Assembly: GCA_049966395.1 (NCBI GenBank)
Contig: JBMFUT010000001.1
Coordinates: forward strand, 30,816-94,815
From: Candidatus Micrarchaeia archaeon
Lineage (GTDB): Archaea > Micrarchaeota > Micrarchaeia > Micrarchaeales > CABMGC01
Direction: 5' to 3'
DNA: 64,000 nt
Both the position numbers and the translations under genes were made by a program. Positions 1-8,222 of this stretch are shown piece after piece. The notes under the pieces are model-generated. The model was not told where the DNA came from, searched no databases, and was given only the letters and a program-made list of their open reading frames with translations. Position 1 is the stretch's first letter; each line of letters opens with the position of its first letter.

Positions 1-1
1 G

Positions 2-463
2 GCGGGGCTTGTAAAGCTTGACCTCGGCTCTGAAGATGAAATAAGGAAAGCATTCGATGCACTATCAAAAAAAGGGGAAACGCTCAAGCCATACAAAATC
101 ATTGCGCAGGAAATGGCAAAGCAGGGAGTCGAGATAATAATAGGCAGCAATGTTGACAAGCAGTTCGGCAAGATGCTGCTCCTCGGCTTGGGAGGCATAT
201 ATGTTGAAACTTTCAAGGATTTCTCGCTCAGGGTATGCCCAATAAGCAGCTACGATGCAGAGAGCATGATAGACCAGCTCAAATCGAAGGATATTGTAAC
301 CTATTCTGGCAAGGCAAAGGGCATGCTGAAAAGGCTGCTGCTGAGCATGTCCAGGTTCGTCGAAGACAACGATTTTGACGAGATAGACCTCAATCCTGTA
401 ATAATAAGGGAAGACGGCTATGACCTTGTTGACATAAGAATTTTGAAAGGAGAGAAGGTGTGA
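2..463 (+). CDS. acdB: ADP-forming acetyl-CoA synthetase beta subunit (ATP-grasp domain), 5' end cut by window edge
   Basis: Frame is open from base 2. C-terminal ATP-grasp-like sequence (GVEIIIGSNVDKQFGKMLLLGLGGIYVE, IDLNPVII). The TGA stop overlaps the GTG start of the next gene (GTGA at 460-463). Confidence 0.75.
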   Translation, partial: AGLVKLDLGSEDEIRKAFDALSKKGETLKPYKIIAQEMAKQGVEIIIGSNVDKQFGKMLLLGLGGIYVETFKDFSLRVCPISSYDAESMIDQLKSKDIVTYSGKAKGMLKRLLLSMSRFVEDNDFDEIDLNPVIIREDGYDLVDIRILKGEKV

Positions 464-1860
464 AAGTGCTGCCCAAAACAAAAAATAATCTCAAATACGC
501 GTTTGCGCCAAAGAGCGTTGCGGTCATAGGCGCGTCTAGGGACCCTGGGAAGGTTGGCCACGTAATACTGCAAAACTACATCGACGAAGGTTACTCTGGG
601 AAGATATATCCTGTCAACAAGAACGCGGACAGTGTAATGGGGCTAAAGTCATACAAAAGCATCCTTGACATAAAAAAGAGGATAGATCTGGCAGTTATAG
701 CTGTGCCTGCGCCGGTTGTTCCTTCAGTGCTGGAGGAGTGCGGCAAGGCAGGAGCTAGGAGCGCTGTTGTTGTGAGCGGCGGCTTCGCAGAAGTGGGCAA
801 CACCGAATTGCAGGAGGAAATAGTAAGGATAGCGCAGAAGTACAACATCGCAATGATAGGCCCGAACTGCCTTGGCATAGTAGACCCGCGCTCTAGGGTA
901 GACACGCTCTTTCTTCCGACTTACAAGCTGAGCAAGCCCAAGATAGGCGGGGTTAGTTTTGTTGCGCAGAGCGGAGCGGTTGGTAGCGTAGTGCTTGACA
1001 TGATAGCAAAGGAGGGCTTCGGCATATCCAAGTTCATATCCTACGGCAACGCAGCATACGTTGACGAGGTAGACATTTTGGAATACCTGATGCGCGACAA
1101 GGACACCAAAGTAATAGTGATGTACATAGAGGGCGTTAATCGCGGCAGGGATTTTATAGAGATAGCAAAGAGGATAACTAAGGTCAAGCCGGTTGTGATA
1201 ATAAAAGGAGGGATGACAGCGGCCGGAGGAGTTGCGGCGCACTCGCACACCGCCGCAATTGCAGGAAGCTCTGAGGCATATGACGCGGTGTTCAGGCAGT
1301 TCGGCTTTTCAAAGGCGGCAGACCTTAGCGAGCTCTTGCACTTTGCAAAAATATTCGACTCGGAGCCGATGCCAAATGGAAACAAGATTGCAGTAATAAC
1401 AAATGGAGGGGGCATGGGCGTCCTCACTACCGACGAAATTTACATCAGCGGCCTTGCGCTCGGGGAATTTGCAGATAACACCAAAAAAAGCCTTAGGAAA
1501 GTGATGCCTCAGATAGTGAATATAAGAAACCCCCTAGACTTGGCCGGGGATGCCGATGCAGAAAGATATGGAAAGGCTTTGGAAATTGTGACCAAGGACC
1601 CAAACATCGATATGATAATTGTCATCATCCTGTTTCAGACTCCTGGAGCCGATTCCTCTGTTGCAGAAAAGGTCATAGCCTACAAGGAAATAAGTGACAA
1701 GCCTATGATTGTTATAAGCGTTGGAACCGACTACACGCAGATGCACAAGACAATGATGGAAAGCGCCGGGCTCCCTGTTTATGATTCCCCTGCCGCAGCT
1801 GCGAGATCGCTTTCTGAGCTGCTCAAGTATGCAAATTACCTCAAAAGAATCGAGGACTAG
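460..1860 (+). CDS. acdA: ADP-forming acetyl-CoA synthetase alpha subunit (CoA-binding plus succinyl-CoA-synthetase-like domains)
   Basis: 466-aa ORF. CoA-binding N-terminus KSVAVIGASRDPGKVGHVILQNY...IYPVNK, GPNCLGI, and a His loop AAHSHTAAIAGS. Translationally coupled to the upstream ATP-grasp subunit. Confidence 0.85.
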   Translation: MKVLPKTKNNLKYAFAPKSVAVIGASRDPGKVGHVILQNYIDEGYSGKIYPVNKNADSVMGLKSYKSILDIKKRIDLAVIAVPAPVVPSVLEECGKAGARSAVVVSGGFAEVGNTELQEEIVRIAQKYNIAMIGPNCLGIVDPRSRVDTLFLPTYKLSKPKIGGVSFVAQSGAVGSVVLDMIAKEGFGISKFISYGNAAYVDEVDILEYLMRDKDTKVIVMYIEGVNRGRDFIEIAKRITKVKPVVIIKGGMTAAGGVAAHSHTAAIAGSSEAYDAVFRQFGFSKAADLSELLHFAKIFDSEPMPNGNKIAVITNGGGMGVLTTDEIYISGLALGEFADNTKKSLRKVMPQIVNIRNPLDLAGDADAERYGKALEIVTKDPNIDMIIVIILFQTPGADSSVAEKVIAYKEISDKPMIVISVGTDYTQMHKTMMESAGLPVYDSPAAAARSLSELLKYANYLKRIED

Positions 1861-3068
1861 CCCTGCTGTATTCCAAGCAGTTCTGAAATGGCTTTCTTTA
1901 CAGTTTCGTTCTTTTCCCCAGAAGAGAGTATCTCGAAAAGAGCCGCAGGGCTTATGCGCAGGTCGTAACCGCTGTTCTTGATGCTTTCTACAAGTATGCC
2001 TAGGCCAAGGTCCTTTACAGGTATGTTATCCATGCTGCCGGTGCGCAGGCCTTCTATATTCCTTATGAGTTCGGTATCTTCAACTCCGGTCCTGTTTATC
2101 TCTATGTATGCTTCCTGCGAGTGGTTCTTTATTATCTCGTTGAAGTGCATGTCTGACTGGGTAAAGCCTTCCTTTATGGTGCCGCTCAGTGTGATCCTTA
2201 TTACGGGATTTGTTCCCTGTTTCGCGCTTTTTTTGATGCCGTCTTCTATTGCGGAATTTATTTCCTCAGGGCTCTTTCCCGTCACGTCTATATCTACATT
2301 GAAGAATGGGCGCGCGTTTATCTTGACAAAATTGTAGGTGCTGTTCGAGGTGTCGAAAATGAAAAAGCCCTTTTCCGTCTCTTCCTTTCTCAGCTGTGTG
2401 AGAACTGTGCTGCCTGGTATAAGAAGCGGCTTCCCGTGGGCTTTTGTCTCGACCCTGCTGTGTATATGGCCGTCGACATACAAATCGAAACCTTCTGGAA
2501 GCTCGTCGAGCTTGAGGAAATCTTTGTTAAACTGCATAAGCTCGTATATAGACTGATGGAACATGAAGACATTGAAAACCCCTGGCACGGGTTTGGGGTC
2601 TAGCCTGCGCAGCTCTTCCAGCAGCTTGTCCTCTGCTATGCCACCGATACCGGATATTGCCACGCGCTCGCCGCTTTTTTCTATTACCGCGGTGGACTCG
2701 CTTACGTTTACGAGAAGCCCAGCAAGATTCAGAAGCTCGACTGCGTCTTCTTCTTCTACAGAACGGCGCTCGTGAGTTCCAGGTATGGCAATTATAGGCA
2801 AGTCAGTGTATGTTTTGCGCTTTGGGTTTTTTGTGTCGAAAGAAACAAGCTTTGCTTTCCAATTTGCACTCTTAAGCCCCCTGAAAATGTTTACTGCCTG
2901 TGCAATAACTTCTGGCTTTGGAGTTCTGTTGTCGAATATGTCGCCCGGTATGACAAGTGCGTCTGCCATCGAAGCCGCGCTTTGCAGAGCTTCTGATGCC
3001 TGCTTGTAAGCGTCGTCAAAGAATCTTTCGTAACCTAAATGGAAATCTGACAATATTGCAAGCTTCAT
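1857..3068 (-). CDS. mre11: Mre11/SbcD-family DNA double-strand-break repair nuclease
   Basis: Calcineurin-like phosphoesterase motifs in order: DFHLG, GDIFD, GTHE, FHQ, GHIH. The likely start is ATG at 3068 (MKLAILSDFHLG); the ORF-track start at 3089 is an upstream TTG. Confidence 0.85.
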   Translation of the reverse strand: MKLAILSDFHLGYERFFDDAYKQASEALQSAASMADALVIPGDIFDNRTPKPEVIAQAVNIFRGLKSANWKAKLVSFDTKNPKRKTYTDLPIIAIPGTHERRSVEEEDAVELLNLAGLLVNVSESTAVIEKSGERVAISGIGGIAEDKLLEELRRLDPKPVPGVFNVFMFHQSIYELMQFNKDFLKLDELPEGFDLYVDGHIHSRVETKAHGKPLLIPGSTVLTQLRKEETEKGFFIFDTSNSTYNFVKINARPFFNVDIDVTGKSPEEINSAIEDGIKKSAKQGTNPVIRITLSGTIKEGFTQSDMHFNEIIKNHSQEAYIEINRTGVEDTELIRNIEGLRTGSMDNIPVKDLGLGILVESIKNSGYDLRISPAALFEILSSGEKNETVKKAISELLGIQQG

Positions 3069-3104
3069 ACTACGACCACGCGGTTGCAAGCCGCAGTTTT
3101 AATT

Positions 3105-3186
3105 TGCGGCCGGCGGGAATCGGACCCGCGTATCAAGCTTGGGAAGCTTACACTTGTTTTGTATCCTCCCACTAGATTACGACCGC
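3105..3186 (-). tRNA. tRNA-Gly(CCC)-like gene, 82 nt, with about 11 extra nt between the D arm and anticodon arm
   Basis: The reverse complement folds as acceptor GCGGTCG/CGGCCGC (one G:U), D arm ATCT-AGTGGGA-GGAT, anticodon arm TAAGC-TTCCCAA-GCTTG (U33, anticodon CCC, A37), variable ATAC, T arm GCGGG-TCCGATT-CCCGC, discriminator A. A 12-nt stretch ACAAAACAAGTG (3151-3162) sits where a single nucleotide 26 is expected. Confidence 0.55.
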
Positions 3187-3205
3187 ATCTTTTTCAGCGT
3201 AAGCA

Positions 3206-3976
3206 CTACCTTATGTAAGTGAAGTTTTCTTTGCTTGGCTGCTGCCCCTGCGATTCCGCTGCTTCCTCGAAGGCTTTTACCATTTTCTCGGTCTCTTTTT
3301 TAATCTTGTCAAGATTTTCTGAATTCACTTTTATGTCCAGCAGCTTTGAAACCACTCCCAGCACTGCCTTTGCAGAGTTTGCATCTACGTCAAGCATTCC
3401 AGTCTCGCCCATTATGCATGCGGCGTCTATCTTGTATTTTTTGGCGAACGTCACTATGAGCCCGGCGGAGCCCCATATCATCCCGGTTATCTGGCCGAAA
3501 AGCACGCCGTTTTTGCTTAGTTCGTCGCGAAGCTTGTCGCTCCATGTGACGCCGAATACCTTAGGATTGCTGACATATTGGTTGGAGGTGTTGGACCCTC
3601 CTATGGTAAATATTTTCTTGCCTTTCAGGAGCTTGAAAAATCTCACTATCTTTTCGTTTATTTCATACTGCCCTTCTGGAGCCAGAGCCTGCGCATCGCC
3701 CGTAAGTATTATCATGTCGCTAGCATCTTTTGATTTCGAAGGATTTTTCCAATAGTAGAACCTGTTGCTGGGCATGCGCACGCCGCCGCTCTTTAGCATG
3801 AACACCTGGTGGGGGAAATGCGGCGAGTAGAGCGTCGCGAACTTTTTGGCGCCTAGCGACTTCTTGATGCTTTCCGCTACAAGACTCCCTACATTGCCTA
3901 TTCCTGGCAGGCCGACTATTAGTATGGGGTTGCGCGGTTTTATTTTCTTGTTATAGTATATTTTCGTCTTTTCCAT
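3206..3976 (-). CDS. PAC2-family proteasome assembly chaperone (COG1938)
   Basis: 256-aa ORF with LIVGLPGIGNVGSLVAE near the N-terminus. It directly abuts the aIF2alpha stop, which is the conserved archaeal neighbourhood. Confidence 0.7.
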   Translation of the reverse strand: MEKTKIYYNKKIKPRNPILIVGLPGIGNVGSLVAESIKKSLGAKKFATLYSPHFPHQVFMLKSGGVRMPSNRFYYWKNPSKSKDASDMIILTGDAQALAPEGQYEINEKIVRFFKLLKGKKIFTIGGSNTSNQYVSNPKVFGVTWSDKLRDELSKNGVLFGQITGMIWGSAGLIVTFAKKYKIDAACIMGETGMLDVDANSAKAVLGVVSKLLDIKVNSENLDKIKKETEKMVKAFEEAAESQGQQPSKENFTYIR

Positions 3977-4738
3977 CTAATCCTTCTCCTTTTTAAGTGT
4001 AAAACCGTCTTGTTTGAAATACTTCCCCAGAATCTTTTCCGCTTCTTTTATTTTTTCCTCTGCAATGAAATAGTCCTTTGCCTCTGACGAAATCCTATAA
4101 TGGGGCGCGCTCATGTAGTTTACTTTAAGGCCCATTCCTTCTATCTCCAAGAACGCTTTCTTTATTGTTTCTATGTTCGCGGCGCGCGGAGTGTTTAGCT
4201 CGACCACATATGTGACTTCGTATATCTTTGGCTTGATGTTCTTTTTAATAGCATCAACGAATTCTGTCTTGAAGTTGCTGTCGATTGACAAAGAGTTGAT
4301 TATAGAAGGGTCTTCCATTACCGAGTCTATCGCTTCTGTAAACGTGTTGAAGTGCTTTGACAGCTCCTGCCTTATCTGCTGCTCTTGAGATTCTGTCTTT
4401 GTTGATGCCAGCACTTGCTTGAACAACGCCTCGTACCTTTTTTCCATGTTGTAGGCATTCAGCTTGTCTTTATACTCCTTCTCGTTTACTTTCTTTATTG
4501 ATACATCAATTGCCCTCTTTTCCTTGTCTACGTATATTACTTTGGCGACTTCCGTCTTGCCCTCCTTTAGGAATTCGTGTATGTTTTTTATCCATCCCGA
4601 AGCGACTTCCTTTATAGGCAAATATGCTTCTTCGTTTCCGTACTCTATAATGTTGCAGTAGGCGCCGAACGGCATTATCTTTTTTACCTTTATTATTACT
4701 TTTTCGCCAACTTCCGGAAGCGCTTTTGGGACTATCAT
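3977..4738 (-). CDS. eif2a: Translation initiation factor aIF2 alpha subunit
   Basis: N-terminal S1 domain PEVGEKVIIKVKKIMPFGAYCNIIEYGNEEAYLPIKEV followed by helical and alpha-beta domains; 253 aa. Confidence 0.9.
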   Translation of the reverse strand: MIVPKALPEVGEKVIIKVKKIMPFGAYCNIIEYGNEEAYLPIKEVASGWIKNIHEFLKEGKTEVAKVIYVDKEKRAIDVSIKKVNEKEYKDKLNAYNMEKRYEALFKQVLASTKTESQEQQIRQELSKHFNTFTEAIDSVMEDPSIINSLSIDSNFKTEFVDAIKKNIKPKIYEVTYVVELNTPRAANIETIKKAFLEIEGMGLKVNYMSAPHYRISSEAKDYFIAEEKIKEAEKILGKYFKQDGFTLKKEKD

Positions 4739-4745
4739 GCAGCCT

Positions 4746-5027
4746 TTACCTCTTTATTTCTATTTTCTTTTTCGTTCTTTTGCCCACGACCCGCTCTATT
4801 GTCTTGTGGCATACGCTGCATTCCAACAGTATCTTCTGCTTCTTTCCCAATTTCTTAGGATGTATTTTCGGCTCGACGCTTCCTACGTATCCTTTTATTG
4901 CCCTGTTGTGCCTTCTTTTACCTACATTGAGCCATCTCTCCGGCTTTTTGGAGTATACTTTCACAGTATGCAGCGTGTGCTTGTTGCAATACGGGCAATA
5001 TGCCATTATCTCTTTTTCTATCTTCAT
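4746..5027 (-). CDS. rpl44e: 50S ribosomal protein L44e (eL42)
   Basis: 93-aa basic protein with zinc ribbon CPYCNKHT...CSVCHK and GKRRHNR. Confidence 0.9.
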   Translation of the reverse strand: MKIEKEIMAYCPYCNKHTLHTVKVYSKKPERWLNVGKRRHNRAIKGYVGSVEPKIHPKKLGKKQKILLECSVCHKTIERVVGKRTKKKIEIKR

Positions 5028-5037
5028 GCCATCATGC

Positions 5038-5526
5038 TCATATTATTTCACAAAGCTTGTTGTTTAGCAGAAAGTCAAGTTCGTTCTTGTCAGAAACTTC
5101 TACTATTTGATTTTTGCTGAAAGGCCCTATCTTTCCGCCTGTTTGAATGACCACTTCCGGTATGTCTGCGACTATTCGCACTTTCAAATTCTTTGAGCCT
5201 TGGGGGTTGCTTATGTTGCTTATCTGCTTTTTTATTTCTGAGTAAAGCAGATCTTCCTCTTCGGGTACGCTTGACGGCAGTTTTTTGCTGTATGCCAAAT
5301 ATATCAGGATCTTTTGTATCCTCTTTTCGCGGATTTCCGAAAGCAGTTTTTTGAAATTTTCAATCTGCTTGGCTTTAGTTTCGCTGTTTTCACCAGAAGA
5401 CTCCTTTTCAATATATTCCTCAGTCTTCTTATAAAAGTCTTTCGCAAGAGGAAGAAGTTCCCCAGTCTTGCGCTCTTCCGCAAGTTTGGAAAATAGTATG
5501 TCAACAGAAAGATCTTCTTGCATCAA
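5038..5526 (-). CDS. GINS complex subunit, Gins51/Gins15-type (A domain then B domain)
   Basis: N-terminal LAEERKTGELLPLAKDFYKKTEEYI and EEEDLLYSEIKKQI (A domain). C-terminal VRIVADIPEVVIQTGGKIGPFSKNQIVEV (B domain). Confidence 0.7.
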   Translation of the reverse strand: MMQEDLSVDILFSKLAEERKTGELLPLAKDFYKKTEEYIEKESSGENSETKAKQIENFKKLLSEIREKRIQKILIYLAYSKKLPSSVPEEEDLLYSEIKKQISNISNPQGSKNLKVRIVADIPEVVIQTGGKIGPFSKNQIVEVSDKNELDFLLNNKLCEII

Positions 5527-5670
5527 ATCATCTGATGGGAGGGTATGTTTCCACTATTCATGTTGTTTTTATTATATTATATACTTCTATGAGAATTATG
5601 GATATGTATATAATGGCACAAAATTTAATAACGTGACGAAAAAGGATAAATAGTGGAACTGAACCCTCAT

Positions 5671-5745
5671 TAGCGAGGGATGGATTTGAACCACCGTTCT
5701 CCGGGTTATGAGCCCGGCGGGCACTCCAGACTACCCTACCTCGCT
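5671..5745 (-). tRNA. Initiator tRNA-Met(CAT)
   Basis: 75-nt cloverleaf AGCGAGG..CCTCGCT-A. It has the A1:U72 pair, anticodon loop CTCATAA, three consecutive G:C pairs closing the anticodon stem (CCGGG/CCCGG), and T arm GGTGG-TTCAAAT-CCATC. These are archaeal initiator features. Confidence 0.9.
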
Positions 5746-5770
5746 ATGCATTATAATTAGCAATACAAGA

Positions 5771-6454
5771 TTATAAACTTTCTTTTTCGCCTAAAATCAG
5801 TCTTTCCGCTTCTTCCTTGTCTATTCTTTTCATCATGCGACCGCATTCGCACTTGAAATTCATTTCTTCGGCGGTCCAAAAAGGAAATATTGTCTTGTTT
5901 TCTTCAAAACACTTCTCACATACAAAAAAGTCGTTGCAGTTTTCAGGCAACGAATAATCATTGTTTTCCTCATTTACCTTGTATACAAACCCTCTAAGTT
6001 TTTCTGGATCTATATACCATCTAAAGGTAAGCCATCCATTATTAGCTTTGTCGGATTCGTATCTTGCCACCCCGATAGTGTTCAGAGAATTAAGCATCCT
6101 TCTGACTTCGTTTATTTTTATGTTCGTCTTGGCCGCAATAGATTCGTCAGTCTGATAATCGGCGAGAAGTTTTATTATGTCCTCTCCTTTTTTGCCGACG
6201 TTTTTTGCAATATAGTCTGAAAACTTGGAATCAGAAATCGCCTCGTTTATCGCGGCGAGCCTTGCAATGCTGAAAGCTGCCTTGGTTGACGCAATCTTCT
6301 TGTTTCTGTTTGCATTCCTCGTTGCATGGGCTTTGGCAGCAGCTTTGGCATGCTTGATTGCATGAACAGTATGCGCCTTTGGCTTGCCATAACTCTTCTT
6401 GGCAGTTGTATTTTTGTGAGGAAGTGCGTGTTTGTTTGACTTTTTAATCTTCAT
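5771..6454 (-). CDS. tfe: Transcription factor E (TFE alpha) with a long basic N-terminal extension
   Basis: Winged-helix region (IIKLLADYQTDESIAAKTNIKINEVRRMLNSL, GWLTFRWYID) plus zinc ribbon CEKC...CECG. It is preceded by about 70 K/A/H-rich residues. Confidence 0.8.
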   Translation of the reverse strand: MKIKKSNKHALPHKNTTAKKSYGKPKAHTVHAIKHAKAAAKAHATRNANRNKKIASTKAAFSIARLAAINEAISDSKFSDYIAKNVGKKGEDIIKLLADYQTDESIAAKTNIKINEVRRMLNSLNTIGVARYESDKANNGWLTFRWYIDPEKLRGFVYKVNEENNDYSLPENCNDFFVCEKCFEENKTIFPFWTAEEMNFKCECGRMMKRIDKEEAERLILGEKESL

Positions 6455-6614
6455 TTAATCATCTTGCGGCCGGGCAACACAAGAGTATTATGCCTCTTTT
6501 AATATTTAAGGTTTATGATTTGTTGCAAAAACGCAAACCCGTGTTAGGATTTTGCATCGTCCTGTTCTCTATGCAACCTCGCAACACAACCGCCGTGCAA
6601 AGTAAGTGCATAGG

Positions 6615-6689
6615 CGGGCCCGGTGGGATTTGGACCCACGACTTACTGGTTAAGAGCCAGTCACTCTGACCAAACTGAGTTACGGACCC
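6615..6689 (-). tRNA. tRNA-Lys(CTT)
   Basis: 75-nt cloverleaf GGGTCCG..CGGGCCC-G, anticodon arm ACTGG-CTCTTAA-CCAGT, T arm GTGGG-TCCAAAT-CCCAC (note C at T-loop position 55). Confidence 0.9.
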
Positions 6690-6770
6690 ACGCAATCTAT
6701 TATTGCATCTCTGCTTTATAAATCTTTTACCTCCTCGCAGTTCGCTGCAACGCTCGCACGCTGTCTTATG

Positions 6771-8099
6771 CTATTTTGTGCTACCTCTTACGAACTTCTC
6801 GATCATGACGTCAAACTCTTTGCCTATTGGCTGAAGTTCATAGCTTACCTGCGCAACTGGCTTGTCAACCTCCATTATGCGGCTTAAATTAGTCGGAGTT
6901 GCCGAAACAACGCTGTCGCAGTCGGCACTGTTTATCACCGCCTTTAGCTCCGAAATCTGCTTCTCGTTGTAGCCCAGTGCCGGCAGCACGTTGCCAAGTT
7001 GCTTAAAGTTTTCATAGGCTTTCTTTATACTCCCAATGGCGTATTTCCTAGGGTCTATTATCTCCTTTGCGCCGTAGTTTTTGGCGGCTACTGTTGCGGC
7101 GCCGAACTTCATACCTCCGTGCGTTACAGTGGGTCCGTCCTCTACTACAAGCACACGCTTGCCAGTTATCAGGCTCGGATTGTCAACGCTTATGACAGAG
7201 TTTGCAAGCACCACAAAAGCATCGCTATTTATTTTTGACAGATTTTCCTTCAGCTGCGAAACCTCCATTTCAGAAGCCGAATTTACTTTGTTTATGAGCA
7301 GCACGTTCGCCATCCTTGCCACAGTCTCTCCCGGATAGTACGTCAGTTCGTTGCCGACCCTCAAAGGATCAGCTACAGTTATAAGCAGGTCGGGCCTTAT
7401 GAAAGGGGCGTCGTTGTTTCCGCCGTCCCATATTATTATATCGGCTTCTTCCTCCGCCTTTTCCAATATTCTGGCGTAGTCTACTCCAGAGTAAACAACG
7501 GTTTTATTTCTGATATGAGGTTCGTAGTCCTCGCGTTCCTCTATAGTGCACTCGTACTTGTCAAGATCCTTCAGAGATGCGAAACGCTGCACCGCCTGCT
7601 TTTTCAAATCCCCGTAAGGCATAGGATGCCTTATTACAACCGGCGTTTTGCCACTTTTCTTTATTAGAGCCGCGACATACCTTGAGGTCTGGCTCTTGCC
7701 GCTTCCTGTCCTGACAGCGCACACCGCAATTACCGGCTTCTTCGACTTGAGCATCGTGTTGCTCGGGGAAACGAGCCAAAAATCCGCGCCATTAGCATTT
7801 GCAATGCTTGCCTTGTGCATCACTTCAACGTCTGGAAGGTCGCTGTATGCCTGTACGCAGGCATCTACATTAAATTTCTTTATGAGTGCAGGCATCTCAG
7901 ATTCGTCGTGTATTTCTATCCCTTTGGGGTAAAGCTTGCCCGCAAGTTCCTTTGGATAGGTCCTTTTTGAAATGTAAGGTATTTGGTTGGCTGTGAAACC
8001 TACAACGTCATAGCCTTCGTTGTCCCTGAAGAGCATGTTGAAATCGTGGAAATCTCTGCCCGCGGCGCCGAGTATAAGAATACGCTTTTTTCCACCCAT
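6771..8099 (-). CDS. COG2403-family P-loop protein (annotated elsewhere as cyclic 2,3-diphosphoglycerate synthetase-like / predicted GTPase)
   Basis: 442 aa. N-terminal KRILILGAAGRDFHDFN and internal P-loop-like AVRTGSGKSQTS. The family assignment is from memory of homologues and the function is uncertain. Confidence 0.55.
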   Translation of the reverse strand: MGGKKRILILGAAGRDFHDFNMLFRDNEGYDVVGFTANQIPYISKRTYPKELAGKLYPKGIEIHDESEMPALIKKFNVDACVQAYSDLPDVEVMHKASIANANGADFWLVSPSNTMLKSKKPVIAVCAVRTGSGKSQTSRYVAALIKKSGKTPVVIRHPMPYGDLKKQAVQRFASLKDLDKYECTIEEREDYEPHIRNKTVVYSGVDYARILEKAEEEADIIIWDGGNNDAPFIRPDLLITVADPLRVGNELTYYPGETVARMANVLLINKVNSASEMEVSQLKENLSKINSDAFVVLANSVISVDNPSLITGKRVLVVEDGPTVTHGGMKFGAATVAAKNYGAKEIIDPRKYAIGSIKKAYENFKQLGNVLPALGYNEKQISELKAVINSADCDSVVSATPTNLSRIMEVDKPVAQVSYELQPIGKEFDVMIEKFVRGSTK

Positions 8100-8222
8100 T
8101 TAATCACAATTAATTTAACATGCAAAACTATAATAAATTGATTAATGTGTCGTCGTAAAACGACGCAGATAAGGTTTATAGTATTTAACTTGCCATAAGA
8201 TAGCAGACCAGCACTGATATAA

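Noticed and set aside
5671-6689. tRNA-iMet and tRNA-Lys flanking TFE as a possible integration hotspot for a mobile element
   Set aside because: There is no integrase, no direct repeat of a tRNA 3' end, and no foreign-looking genes. The enclosed gene is the core factor TFE.
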